Origin: Pseudobdellovibrionaceae bacterium
GTDB taxonomy: Bacteria; Bdellovibrionota; Bdellovibrionia; Bdellovibrionales; Bdellovibrionaceae
Reading direction: 5' to 3'
DNA length: 24,000 bases
NCBI GenBank assembly: GCA_044359815.1
Contig: JBIKLL010000023.1
Span: 1 to 24,000, forward strand
In this document: positions 13,006-22,571 of the stretch, in pieces
Position numbering within the stretch: the stretch's first letter is position 1
Layout of the letters: each line of letters begins with the position of its first letter
The notes under the pieces: generated by a model
Told to the model about the DNA's origin: nothing
What the model saw: only the letters and a program-made list of their open reading frames with translations
Databases searched by the model: none
Position numbers and translations under genes: made by a program

Positions 13006-14256
13006 CTATTTCGAGCCTGAGGGTAAAAATTTACGTTTTGAAAACACAATGGCAATTGCGATCACGTCAATGACTGCCGCAACCATAAAAGCAAAGGTGT
13101 GAGTGCCGCTATAAAAAAATCCACCAATCAAAGGACCTACGATACGACCCAGTGATGAATTTCCTTGCGCAGTTCCTAGCACAAGCCCCTGATCCTTGGG
13201 ATCAGTCAACAAACTGATACTGCCTAACAATGCAGGGCTGACAAAACTGATTCCCACTGAAAAGCTTGTCATCAATACAGCCAACCAAATCACATTGGGC
13301 CCAAAGGAAATCCCCGCAAAGGCCACCACCATCAAAACCAATCCCAACATTAAAACCTTGGCTTCGCCTATTGTTGGCAACAACCTGCGAACAATAAATC
13401 CCTGAGAAATCAACGAAATCACACCCACGTATACCATCCCAAAACCCATCTGCGACATGGTCCAATTAAATTCATCCTTCACGTACAAAACCAAGGTGGA
13501 TTCCAAACAGGCCATGGCAGTCGCCGATAAAAAAGAAACAAAAATTAAATTCCCAACAACAGGCTTTTTATAAACCTGCAAAAAAACTTTCAATCGGCTG
13601 TCCCGAGGAGCCTTGTATGAAGCAGACTTTTCTAAACTTTCCTTTAAAAAAAACCATCCAAACAAAAAACCTAAAATACAAACCACAGTGACCACGGCCG
13701 CAATTAATTTAATACTGGCCAGTTCAGATCCATACATCTGGGTTCCAATGTGTGACAATAATCCACCCACAGCTGGGCCCAACAAAAATCCCAATCCAAA
13801 GGCCACACCAATCAGCGCCATGCCTTTGGATCTGTTTTTTTCAGAGGTCACGTCAGAAATATAAGCTGATGCAGTTGAAATGCTGGCTCCAAAAAAGCCA
13901 GCAATGATCCTAGATGCAAACAGCATTTCGATACTGCTTGAAAGGGTCATCAAAAAATAAGCAAAGGCTTCCCCCAGCAAACAAACCAACAAAATTGGCC
14001 TGCGGCCATATTGATCGCTGAGCCTGCCCCAAAAGGGTGAAAACAAAAATTGCATGGCTGAAAAAACAGATAACAAGGCTCCTGAAACTATCGCAGAGCC
14101 GCCAGCGGCTTTGGCAATGGCTGGTAACAACGGAATCATGATTCCAAAACCCAGCAAATAGATAAAGATTGTTACAAAAATAAAAATCTGCGCGGACTTG
14201 GCAGTTTTATCTGCATCCTTACCTGTCAAATTGTCTGTTGATATTGATTCTGCCAT
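13006..14256 (-). CDS. MFS transporter, DHA1 / tetracycline-multidrug efflux-like
   Basis: 416 aa with about 12 hydrophobic segments. MFS motif A is present as GRLSDQYGRRPILL after TM2. The substrate is not inferable. Confidence 0.85.
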   Translation of the reverse strand: MAESISTDNLTGKDADKTAKSAQIFIFVTIFIYLLGFGIMIPLLPAIAKAAGGSAIVSGALLSVFSAMQFLFSPFWGRLSDQYGRRPILLVCLLGEAFAYFLMTLSSSIEMLFASRIIAGFFGASISTASAYISDVTSEKNRSKGMALIGVAFGLGFLLGPAVGGLLSHIGTQMYGSELASIKLIAAVVTVVCILGFLFGWFFLKESLEKSASYKAPRDSRLKVFLQVYKKPVVGNLIFVSFLSATAMACLESTLVLYVKDEFNWTMSQMGFGMVYVGVISLISQGFIVRRLLPTIGEAKVLMLGLVLMVVAFAGISFGPNVIWLAVLMTSFSVGISFVSPALLGSISLLTDPKDQGLVLGTAQGNSSLGRIVGPLIGGFFYSGTHTFAFMVAAVIDVIAIAIVFSKRKFLPSGSK

Positions 14257-14280
14257 TTTCTTTATCCATAATTGAGTTTT

Positions 14281-15435
14281 ATGAAAATGTCAGTGATTCT
14301 TACTTTTTTTATCAGTATTCCCAGCATGGCTTATTTCCAGTCACAGGACTTCAAGCAAAACCAATGGCAACTGTGGTCAGGGGTTAATCATTTTAGTGCT
14401 ACCAGTAATTTTACCCGTGAAGGCGGCCAGTTTGACCGATTGCCCAGCGGTAATCAGTATCAGCTGACTCAGATAGATTTTGGTGTGAACTATGGTTTTT
14501 CTAAATGGTCTCGCATCCGATTTATTGGCCAATCGGCCTCTGCAATGTCCGAGGATTCCGTAGCGCAAAGAAACAATTCGGGATTTACCTATGTTGGCGC
14601 TGCCATGGATTTTAAAATGTTAGATTACAATGGATTTCAGATTGTTCCCTCTGTGACCTATCTGGCGCCGGTGACAAATATTTCTGCAGCATCTGATGAC
14701 GTTTTTATTTCAGAGGGCGTCAGTGAATTGCAACTGAACACAATGATGTTGTGGGACGCGGGAACTTTTGAGCCTTTTGGTTCACTGGGATTTAATTACC
14801 GCGATGGAGGCAGAGCTTCGCTGCTGACCTATGCAGCGGGCGCCGAAGTTGATTTTGCAAAATTCAAAGCCGGTGCCGGCATTCAAGGTTACAACACTGT
14901 CATTGCCGATGAGTTTTCTAAAACACCTTCAGTGCGCGAGGCCTCTGCGTCTAAAAACGGCGGTGCGCTCAGATTTTACACCGTCGACCCCGCACTGCTG
15001 GAAAGCCAATACTGGATTCGGTTTGGTACAAAATCAAATTGGAGTTTGCAATTAGGTGGCGGCTTTTCAGTAACTGGAGCCGCGACTGCGGGTGGATGGA
15101 ACGCCTTTGGTTTGATTTCGTTTAGCATTGACAGTAAAAAAATCGAATCAATTAACAAAACAGAAGTCGAAAAATTTGAAGAGATAACTGAAGATGGTGT
15201 GGATCAGAATGCGTTTCAACATCCCGCAACACCGACCACAACTACCATTCCACCAAACACCAGTGCTCCTATGCCAGACGACGCAAATATTGTTGAAAAC
15301 CGTGGCAGATCTCAGTTAAAAGAAAAACGAGAAAAAGCTCCACCTTCGGATAATTCAAATGCCAGCCAATTGCAGGATGCCGAAATGCATATGGAACTCA
15401 GACTCAAAAAGAAAACTAAAAAACGTCAAAAATAG
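14281..15435 (+). CDS. Putative outer-membrane beta-barrel protein with a disordered, Lys-rich C-terminal extension of about 100 aa
   Basis: The signal peptide is MKMSVILTFFISIPSMA/YFQ. Amphipathic strands with aromatic girdle residues alternate up to ...GWNAFGLISFSI. A low-complexity tail follows (PATPTTTTIPPNTSAP ... LRLKKKTKKRQK). Start taken at ATG 14281 rather than the track's TTG 14272. Confidence 0.6.
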   Translation: MKMSVILTFFISIPSMAYFQSQDFKQNQWQLWSGVNHFSATSNFTREGGQFDRLPSGNQYQLTQIDFGVNYGFSKWSRIRFIGQSASAMSEDSVAQRNNSGFTYVGAAMDFKMLDYNGFQIVPSVTYLAPVTNISAASDDVFISEGVSELQLNTMMLWDAGTFEPFGSLGFNYRDGGRASLLTYAAGAEVDFAKFKAGAGIQGYNTVIADEFSKTPSVREASASKNGGALRFYTVDPALLESQYWIRFGTKSNWSLQLGGGFSVTGAATAGGWNAFGLISFSIDSKKIESINKTEVEKFEEITEDGVDQNAFQHPATPTTTTIPPNTSAPMPDDANIVENRGRSQLKEKREKAPPSDNSNASQLQDAEMHMELRLKKKTKKRQK

Positions 15436-15450
15436 ATTGCGGGATTTTAA

Positions 15451-18126
15451 ATGAGCCTACCTGATCGATACAACCCCTCTGAAGTCGAAACTAAAACCTA
15501 TCAATGGTGGGAAAGCTCTGGCTTTTTTAAAGCCGCAGAAAAATCCAACAAACCTCCTTATTGCATTATTTTGCCTCCACCTAACGTGACTGGATTTTTA
15601 CACATGGGACATGCATTGGATCACAGCATTCAAGATCTGTTGGTCAGATACAAACGCATGACGGGATTTAATGTTTTGTGGTTACCAGGCACTGATCACG
15701 CAGGTATCGCCACACAGGTTGTTGTTGAAAAAGAACTTAAAAAAGCTGGCAGTTCCCGATCATCATTGGGCCGCGAAAAATTTGTGGAAAAGGTTTGGGA
15801 ATGGAAACACCAATATGGCGATCGAATTTATTCGCAGATGCGCAAGCTTGGCGACAGTTGCGATTGGGACCGCGCTGTATTTACCTTGGACGAAAATGTT
15901 TCTAAAGCAGTTCGCAAAGTTTTTGTTTCGTTGTATCAAAAAAATCTGATTTACCGCGGTTTGCGTTTGGTCAATTGGAGCGGTCCATTGGAATCCGCAA
16001 TTTCTGACCTGGAAGTCGACTACAAAGAGGTTAAGGGTTCTTTGTGGCATATCAAATACCCAATCCAAGGCACCAAAGAATTTTTAATTGTTGCAACCAC
16101 CAGACCTGAAACTTTGTTAGGTGATTCGGCTGTTTGTGTCCACCCTGATGACGAACGCTACAAAAAATTTATCGGTAAAAATGTTTTACTGCCATTGCTA
16201 AACAGACCTATCCCGATAATTGCTGACGCTTATGTTGATCAAAGTTTTGGCTCAGGCGTTGTCAAAATCACTCCGGCCCATGATTTTAATGATTACAAAA
16301 TTGGTAAAACACATAATTTGCCATTTATAAATATTCTGAACAAAAAATGCGAACTGAACGAAAACGCAGGTCCTTACAAAGGTCTCAAGGTCACCGAGGC
16401 TCGCAAAAAAGTTTTGGAAGACCTGACGCAATTGGGATTGTTGGACAAAGAAGAACCTCACAAACTGAACGTGGGTCATTGTTCCAGAACAGGTGCAGTT
16501 GTTGAACCTTATTTATCCGATCAATGGTTTGTAAAAACTGAGGCCATAGCAAAACCAGCCAAACACGCAGTTGAAAACGGCACAATCAAATTTGAACCCG
16601 AATCATGGACCAAGGTTTATTTGCATTGGATGAGTATTATCGATGATTGGTGTGTCAGCCGTCAGTTGTGGTGGGGTCACAGGATTCCTGCATGGCATTG
16701 CATGGACTGTAAAAACATTATCGTTAGCGAAACTGATCCTGCTGATTGTACCAAATGCAAAAGCAAAAAACTGTCACAGGACGAAGACGTGCTAGACACT
16801 TGGTTCAGTTCGGCACTGTGGCCCTTTAGCACTATGGGTTGGCCGCAAGAAACTGAACTGCAAAAAACTTTTTACCCAACCAATACATTGGTAACAGGTC
16901 ACGATATAATATTTTTCTGGGTCGCCAGAATGATTATGATGGGTATCGAATTTAAAAAAGACGTTCCCTTCAGGCATGTTTATGTTCATGGCTTGATCCG
17001 CGACAGTCAGGGACGCAAAATGTCCAAGAGCTTGGGTAATTCTGTAGACCCTGTCGAAATGATCGATAAATACGGCGCCGATGCCCTGAGGTTTTCAATT
17101 TTGTCACAGTTGCATTCAGGCCGTGATATGAAATTCAGCGAACAGCGTTTGGAAAGTTCGCGCAATTTTATGAATAAAATCTGGAACGCGACTAGGTTTT
17201 GTCTGAATTATCTGAAAGATTTTAAACCACCAGCTCAAGGTGTGAATACAGCCCTGGATAAATCGGCATCGACTACCTATGATCAGTGGATTGTTTTTCA
17301 GATGAAGCTTTTGCAAGAATCCACCGAAAGCTTAATGGCGCAAAACAGATTTTCAGATGCAGCCAACGCAATCTACAGTTTTGTTTGGTACGAGTTCTGT
17401 GATTGGTACATCGAATTTATCAAACCCATCGTTAACGGTCCTGATGGCGCACAAAAACCCAATGCCCTGTTAAATATGGCGCAGATTTTAAACCGCATCA
17501 TGAGACTGCTGCACCCGTTTACGCCTTTTGTGACCGAAGAAATTTATCAAAAGCTTCCGATTAAAGGTGCCGCTTGTATCATTGATCAGTATCCAACAAT
17601 CAAAACGGACAAACAGTATTTGGATTCTGGGTCAGAACAGGCTTCTGATGAAATCGAACTGATCAAAGCGGTTATTGTGGCCGTCAGAAACATTCGTGGC
17701 GAAAACAAAATCAAAGCCGGGTCCCAAGTTTCGTGCAAAATCAAACCCAGCAATTCTTTTGTGGAAAATGTAATGAACAAACACAAAGTCGTGATCACTC
17801 AGCTGTCACGAATTGATGATTTAATTATCGGCGATACGGGTAATCTGTCTAAATGTGCTGTCACCAATGTCACACACAAGGACAATCAAGCCTTGGTTGT
17901 GATTCCCTTGGCCGGAATCGTTGATCTGGATGAGGAAATAAAGCGCATTCAGAAAAATATCGAAAAACTGGATAAAGATATTAGTTCTACTGAATCCAGA
18001 CTGAAAAACGAAAACTTTGTCAAAAATGCTGCCGAAGAAGTGATTGAAGCCGACCGTCTGTTGCTGTCACAATCAAAGGTCAAGGTTAAATCACTAAAGG
18101 AATCACTTGAGCGATTGCAGTCTTAA
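15451..18126 (+). CDS. valS: Valine--tRNA ligase
   Basis: 891 aa. The HIGH motif (PPPNVTGFLHMGHAL), the KMSKS motif (KMSKSLGN), the editing-domain region and the C-terminal coiled coil typical of ValRS are all present. Confidence 0.97.
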   Translation: MSLPDRYNPSEVETKTYQWWESSGFFKAAEKSNKPPYCIILPPPNVTGFLHMGHALDHSIQDLLVRYKRMTGFNVLWLPGTDHAGIATQVVVEKELKKAGSSRSSLGREKFVEKVWEWKHQYGDRIYSQMRKLGDSCDWDRAVFTLDENVSKAVRKVFVSLYQKNLIYRGLRLVNWSGPLESAISDLEVDYKEVKGSLWHIKYPIQGTKEFLIVATTRPETLLGDSAVCVHPDDERYKKFIGKNVLLPLLNRPIPIIADAYVDQSFGSGVVKITPAHDFNDYKIGKTHNLPFINILNKKCELNENAGPYKGLKVTEARKKVLEDLTQLGLLDKEEPHKLNVGHCSRTGAVVEPYLSDQWFVKTEAIAKPAKHAVENGTIKFEPESWTKVYLHWMSIIDDWCVSRQLWWGHRIPAWHCMDCKNIIVSETDPADCTKCKSKKLSQDEDVLDTWFSSALWPFSTMGWPQETELQKTFYPTNTLVTGHDIIFFWVARMIMMGIEFKKDVPFRHVYVHGLIRDSQGRKMSKSLGNSVDPVEMIDKYGADALRFSILSQLHSGRDMKFSEQRLESSRNFMNKIWNATRFCLNYLKDFKPPAQGVNTALDKSASTTYDQWIVFQMKLLQESTESLMAQNRFSDAANAIYSFVWYEFCDWYIEFIKPIVNGPDGAQKPNALLNMAQILNRIMRLLHPFTPFVTEEIYQKLPIKGAACIIDQYPTIKTDKQYLDSGSEQASDEIELIKAVIVAVRNIRGENKIKAGSQVSCKIKPSNSFVENVMNKHKVVITQLSRIDDLIIGDTGNLSKCAVTNVTHKDNQALVVIPLAGIVDLDEEIKRIQKNIEKLDKDISSTESRLKNENFVKNAAEEVIEADRLLLSQSKVKVKSLKESLERLQS

Positions 18127-19261
18127 AATTTTATCCCTAATTTTTTTGTTATTTACCGGCACTGCAAACGCCAGCCTGACAATGCCTCGATCCGTTGAAT
18201 TTTCTTGCACTAAATGCCACTACAATACCTTGGGTGGCACTGGGCTGAATGATTTTGGCAGGTCTTATTTAAAAAACGAATTAAACGGTGAATGGTTCAG
18301 AACTTCTGAAAAGCCACCCAGGTTCGAAGGCAATTATTGGTGGATTTCACCGCAGGCTCACATTAGCGGAATCACAACGCGCAGAAATCCCAATGGCGAC
18401 AATGATAAAAACAAAGGTTTTTTGAAAAGGCTTGAAGCAACTCTGACCTATGGGGATATGTTTTCAAAATGGAATTTGGGATTTACCTATGGCCATTTGC
18501 CGACGTCAATGACTGTGGCTACGTTTTCCTTTGATCCCAGCTTCAAACAATATTACGTCAGATACGAATTGGATCTAGGATTTTGGGTGTACGCAGGCTT
18601 GTTGCCCAAGGTTTATGGCTTGCGCCTCAGCGATCACACGTCGTTAAGTCGCAACGGCTTGGGATTTACCCCCTATGGAAATTATGATTTTAATGAATCA
18701 GAGCAAATTATTTTTCATCAGCAAAAATTAAGTTCAGAATTTGCTTTAGCTGTTTTTCAGGGTCACCCACTGGAAGCCCCTAATCTGAGGCACAAGGGTG
18801 GATCACTGATGATTGAAAACTCTATTGCCGAATACACCAAAATTGGTTTGTCAGTTTTGAGTTCTAAAAACCAAATCGAAAAACGGGATTGGTACGCCTT
18901 TCACATGAGGACCCAGCTAAACGTAAAATCTGCTTTGTTGTTTGAACAGGGATGGATCACCAATTCTGCCAATACTTCGGAACTGGACGGCAGCTATTAT
19001 AAATATTTTGGTACCTACAGTTTCCTGAGTCTCAGCCAGCAGGTTTCAAAATCGACCTTTTGGATCAATCAGATCAGCAGAATCAGTGTGCAAAATAAAC
19101 CTGACATCCCTGAAGCCTGGAAGCTCAGCATCGGGTTGGATACTTATTTTGATGAAAGCGGTTCTTTGCAACTAAGAGCCTCAAATGATCGATCACTGAC
19201 CAAAGAACAAACATTTGCAGAAAGTTGGCTATTATATGTTATTACCAATTTCTACTATTAA
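18107..19261 (+). CDS. Putative outer-membrane beta-barrel protein with a single N-terminal CXXCH motif
   Basis: A TTG start at 18107 has AAGGAA 4 nt upstream and overlaps the valS 3' end by 20 nt. The signal peptide is LKILSLIFLLFTGTANA/S. CTKCH is encoded at 18206-18220, and these are the only two Cys residues in the mature protein. The body is strand-rich and ends ...LLYVITNFYY, an aromatic C-terminal beta-signal. Confidence 0.65.
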   Translation: MSDCSLKILSLIFLLFTGTANASLTMPRSVEFSCTKCHYNTLGGTGLNDFGRSYLKNELNGEWFRTSEKPPRFEGNYWWISPQAHISGITTRRNPNGDNDKNKGFLKRLEATLTYGDMFSKWNLGFTYGHLPTSMTVATFSFDPSFKQYYVRYELDLGFWVYAGLLPKVYGLRLSDHTSLSRNGLGFTPYGNYDFNESEQIIFHQQKLSSEFALAVFQGHPLEAPNLRHKGGSLMIENSIAEYTKIGLSVLSSKNQIEKRDWYAFHMRTQLNVKSALLFEQGWITNSANTSELDGSYYKYFGTYSFLSLSQQVSKSTFWINQISRISVQNKPDIPEAWKLSIGLDTYFDESGSLQLRASNDRSLTKEQTFAESWLLYVITNFYY

Positions 19262-19285
19262 ATCCCTTATCCTTAAGGACTTGCG

Positions 19286-19362
19286 GAATCTGCAATCTGC
19301 ATCGAAAGTTGTTTTGGGTTTTGCTGTCACGAATCTGCAGTCTGCATCGAAAGTTGTTTTGG
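19286..19362. repeat. Two 32-bp direct repeats (19286-19317 and 19331-19362, 31/32 identical) separated by 13 bp
   Basis: Read directly. Copy 1 is GAATCTGCAATCTGCATCGAAAGTTGTTTTGG and copy 2 is GAATCTGCAGTCTGCATCGAAAGTTGTTTTGG. Each contains an internal TCTGCA doublet. Copy 2 ends 5 nt upstream of the ATG at 19368. Confidence 0.9.
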
Positions 19363-19367
19363 CCATT

Positions 19368-19937
19368 ATGTTTTCGATTTGTTTAATTTCTGTGGGCGCT
19401 GGTGCCTGCGAAGACGGATCCAATGATTCTGATCATACAGATCATTCACACAATGCCTTGTCAGCCGGTGTGGCGTTTTTTAGCCAACATTTGGCGATTA
19501 AAAACGCCGGGGTCAGCGAACATTATCTGGCCAGTATGACAGGATATGAAATCGGATACGAATACCAGTTTTCAGACCTGAATTTAAAATTAGGAATATT
19601 GCATGGCCAAGGCAGTCTGGTGACCCGCTTCAGTTCATTGAGCTATTCGACCTTTGATTCAAAATGGCAAATCACTGCTATGCAATTTGCATTTAAATTG
19701 TGGCAAAACCAAAAAAACAAAATATATTTTTCAGTCACCCCTGGTGTTCAAAAAATTTCTTTAAGCCAACCACCCTTAAGCGAAGAGGATTTGGATCTGT
19801 CGAATCAACCTTTTCAACGTGTGGGATTAATTTACCGAGCTGAAATATCTGAATATCATTTTTTCGACTTCGAAATCGCCAACGTCAGCCCCTTTAACAA
19901 AGCCCTCTGGAAACTCCAGATGGGCCTGATGTTTTAG
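19368..19937 (+). CDS. Small putative outer-membrane beta-barrel lipoprotein with a His/Asp-rich N-terminal segment
   Basis: Start taken at ATG 19368. [14 protein letters not shown] has a lipobox-like A-G-A-C, with the Cys encoded at 19407-19409. The mature N-terminus is [16 protein letters not shown]. The ~165-aa body is strand-rich and ends LQMGLMF, with a terminal Phe beta-signal. The track start at 19215 would put about 50 non-signal residues ahead of the signal peptide. Confidence 0.6.
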   Translation: MFSICLISVGAGACEDGSNDSDHTDHSHNALSAGVAFFSQHLAIKNAGVSEHYLASMTGYEIGYEYQFSDLNLKLGILHGQGSLVTRFSSLSYSTFDSKWQITAMQFAFKLWQNQKNKIYFSVTPGVQKISLSQPPLSEEDLDLSNQPFQRVGLIYRAEISEYHFFDFEIANVSPFNKALWKLQMGLMF

Positions 19938-21754
19938 ATCTGATTCAGGTTTTCGTGGACTCCCAAAAACTGTATGGGCAAAGTATCATTAAATTTAGCA
20001 AAAAATTCTTTGTGGCTGGCAAATTCTGTTTGCCATTTTTTAGGATCCAAAACAATCGCCTTGTTAAATTGTTCGGGCGTAAAATTAATCCCCGACCAAT
20101 CTATGTCATGATAGCGCGGAACCAACCCTAAAAATGTTTTTGTACCACCGGCTTTGTTGTCGATGCGTTCAAACATCCATTTCAGCACACGGCTGTTTTC
20201 ACCATAGCCTGGCCATACAAATTTTCCGTTTTCGTCTTTGCGAAACCAATTGACGATAAAAATCTTAGGCAGCACCTGGGCCCTTGATTCAAAACTGAGC
20301 CAATGCGAATAATATTTTCCCATGTTGTAACCACAAAATGGCAACATCGCCATAGGATCACGCCTGACCTGACCGACGGCACCCGTTGCAGCAGCTGTGG
20401 TTTCAGATCCAATGGTCGCCGCAAAATAAACTCCAGCAGTCCAATTTTCAGGTTCAAAAACCAATGGGATTGTGTCGGCACGTCGACCACCAAAAATAAA
20501 TGCATTTACTGCTACGCCCTCGGGCTTTTCCCAAGCTGGATCAATCGATGGGCATTGGCTGGCGGGACTGGTGAACCGAGCATTAGGATGTGCAGCTGCT
20601 CTGCCGCAGCCTGGGGACCATTCTTGCCCCTGCCAATCGGTTAATCTGGCTGGTGGAATATCAGTCATGCCTTCCCACCAAACATCACCGTCTTCGGTCA
20701 ACCCAACGTTAGTAAAAATAGTGTTTTTCGACAGAGTCTTCATCGCATTAGGATTGGTTTTTACCGACGTACCAGGGGCGACTCCAAAAAATCCGTTTTC
20801 AGGATTGATGGCTCGCATTTCGCCAGCAGAATTTAATTTAATCCAGGCAATGTCATCACCAATGGTTGAAACCTTCCAACCGTCCAAACCAGCTGGAGGA
20901 ATCATCATTGCAAAATTGGTTTTACCACAAGCACTGGGGAAAGCCGCTGCCACGTATTTTTTGTTTTTATTGGGATTTTCCACACCTAAAATCAACATGT
21001 GTTCTGCAAGCCAGCCTTCTTGCTGACCGATGGCCGAAGCTATCCGAAGCGCAAAACATTTTTTACCCAACAGAGCATTGCCACCGTAGCCTGAACCATA
21101 GGACCAAATTTCCCGAGTCTCTGGGTAATGCACGATGTATTTATTTTCTTTGTTGCAAGGCCATTTCATATCAGCCTGTCCTGCTGCCAATGGAGCCCCT
21201 ACTGAATGCACGCATTTTACAAAATACGGTGATTGATCCAAATGCGAAATCACCTGTTTACCCATTCGGGTCATGATTCTCATGTTAACAACAACGTAGG
21301 GCGAATCTGTGATTTCAACACCGATTTGTGAAATCGGCGATCCCACAGGTCCCATGCTAAACGGAATCACATACATAGTTCGACCGCTCATGCAGCCCTT
21401 AAATAATCCACCCAATGTTTTTCGCATCTCGGTCGGATCCATCCAATTATTTGTCGGCCCTGCAAAGTCTTTTTTCTGGCTGCAGATAAAAGTTCTGTCT
21501 TCGACCCGTGCAACATCCGAAGGATCCGAACAGGCTAAATAAGAATTTGGCCGCTTAGCTGGATTGAGTTTTTTTAAAATCCCTGTTTCAACCATTTCGT
21601 TTAATAATCTTTGATTTTCTTCTTCGCTGCCATCGCACCAGTAAACAGATTTTGGTTCACACAAACTGGTCAGCTCATTAACCCATTTAATCAAATCAAT
21701 AGAATTTTTTGAATGCCCCAGCTGATAATTGACCGGCTGATTTTGTAAACTCAT
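19934..21754 (-). CDS. pckG: Phosphoenolpyruvate carboxykinase (GTP)
   Basis: 606 aa. It has the GTP-PEPCK kinase-1a motif FPSACGKTN, plus [18 protein letters not shown] and WMDP. A GGGGA SD lies upstream of ATG 21754. Confidence 0.95.
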   Translation of the reverse strand: MSLQNQPVNYQLGHSKNSIDLIKWVNELTSLCEPKSVYWCDGSEEENQRLLNEMVETGILKKLNPAKRPNSYLACSDPSDVARVEDRTFICSQKKDFAGPTNNWMDPTEMRKTLGGLFKGCMSGRTMYVIPFSMGPVGSPISQIGVEITDSPYVVVNMRIMTRMGKQVISHLDQSPYFVKCVHSVGAPLAAGQADMKWPCNKENKYIVHYPETREIWSYGSGYGGNALLGKKCFALRIASAIGQQEGWLAEHMLILGVENPNKNKKYVAAAFPSACGKTNFAMMIPPAGLDGWKVSTIGDDIAWIKLNSAGEMRAINPENGFFGVAPGTSVKTNPNAMKTLSKNTIFTNVGLTEDGDVWWEGMTDIPPARLTDWQGQEWSPGCGRAAAHPNARFTSPASQCPSIDPAWEKPEGVAVNAFIFGGRRADTIPLVFEPENWTAGVYFAATIGSETTAAATGAVGQVRRDPMAMLPFCGYNMGKYYSHWLSFESRAQVLPKIFIVNWFRKDENGKFVWPGYGENSRVLKWMFERIDNKAGGTKTFLGLVPRYHDIDWSGINFTPEQFNKAIVLDPKKWQTEFASHKEFFAKFNDTLPIQFLGVHENLNQI

Positions 21755-21822
21755 TTTATCCCCTTAGCTGCAATAGCTCAAAAAAATGATTTTTAAATTC
21801 CTAATATTAAATTGGTACAACA

Positions 21823-22560
21823 TTACCTCATGCACTGACAACTAGAACGATCCAAGATATTACCGCACCGAAAAAACCTGTCCCCACGAACAAATTCGAC
21901 TTCAGACAGCTGTCCGTTGCGCTCGATATAATCCAATCTTTCGCCGCCCTGAAATGTCACAAATCCAGCTCTTTCTGAACCGGTAACATTGCCTTCTGAC
22001 AGCAATTTATCGATAACTTCTTGACTGGGATTGATTGATTTATCCGCATCGATAACGATGGGCACTGGCGCGCCTTCTTCGGCGATTTCAATGCCCTCAA
22101 TTTCTTTAAATAGGGCTCCATCAAAATCAATTTTTTCGTCTAATCTGTAACGTCGTTCTTTGCCATTTGGGGTTTTTATGACCCATGATTGCCATTTATT
22201 ATTTTGTGCTCCCGGCCCCAAGTCGCTTTGAAATTGCAATACCACAGTTTGCAAATCCACAGCCACGTCAGCTTGAGCTTCTGGAGCTTTAATTTCCAAA
22301 CACTGACCCATGTCCTCGACGACCATGGCAAAAATCCTTTTAGCTTCAGAATCCTGAACCGTTTTGTCAGGCCCCATATTCAGCACAGGTTCAGTTTTTT
22401 CGGATTCGTCCTGCCCCAGATTTTCTTGATTGACTGTTTGTTCTTCGGATTCTTCACTGGCAACAGTTTCAGATGGAGCATTATCCCTTGAGCAATAATA
22501 CCCAAAGCCTATTAACAAAACTGCTACTGCTAAAATGATCAGATTTCTTTTTGATCCCAA
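21823..22560 (-). CDS. Hypothetical signal-anchored or secreted protein with an acidic low-complexity linker
   Basis: 245-aa ORF with a TTG start. The N-terminal hydrophobic segment is NLIILAVAVLLIGFGYYC. An E/S/Q-rich stretch follows, then a ~170-aa globular region ending in a Cys cluster (RCGNILDRSSCQCMR). I recognise no family. Confidence 0.55.
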   Translation of the reverse strand: MGSKRNLIILAVAVLLIGFGYYCSRDNAPSETVASEESEEQTVNQENLGQDESEKTEPVLNMGPDKTVQDSEAKRIFAMVVEDMGQCLEIKAPEAQADVAVDLQTVVLQFQSDLGPGAQNNKWQSWVIKTPNGKERRYRLDEKIDFDGALFKEIEGIEIAEEGAPVPIVIDADKSINPSQEVIDKLLSEGNVTGSERAGFVTFQGGERLDYIERNGQLSEVEFVRGDRFFRCGNILDRSSCQCMR

Positions 22561-22571
22561 GGATCAAAATA

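Noticed and set aside
19215-19423. The N-terminal extension of the small barrel ORF (start 19215) and the antisense ORF 19232..19423, both of which translate the 32-bp repeats
   Set aside because: The extension would put about 50 residues before an otherwise normal lipoprotein signal peptide, and it overlaps the preceding gene by 47 nt. The antisense ORF is a mirror of the repeats. I keep this only as an alternative to be tested.
20182-21542. Several ORFs (20182..20505, 20303..20644, 20472..21026, 20866..21276, 21309..21542) overlapping pckG
   Set aside because: pckG is unambiguous (FPSACGKTN and other motifs over 606 aa). The others are antisense or out-of-frame shadows.
22551-22567. Palindrome TTGATCC-CAA-GGATCAA spanning the TTG start of the 245-aa gene, considered as a terminator or operator
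   Set aside because: The stem is 7 bp with a 3-nt loop, of low stability, and no T-tract follows. It could occlude the start codon, but the evidence is too thin to call.
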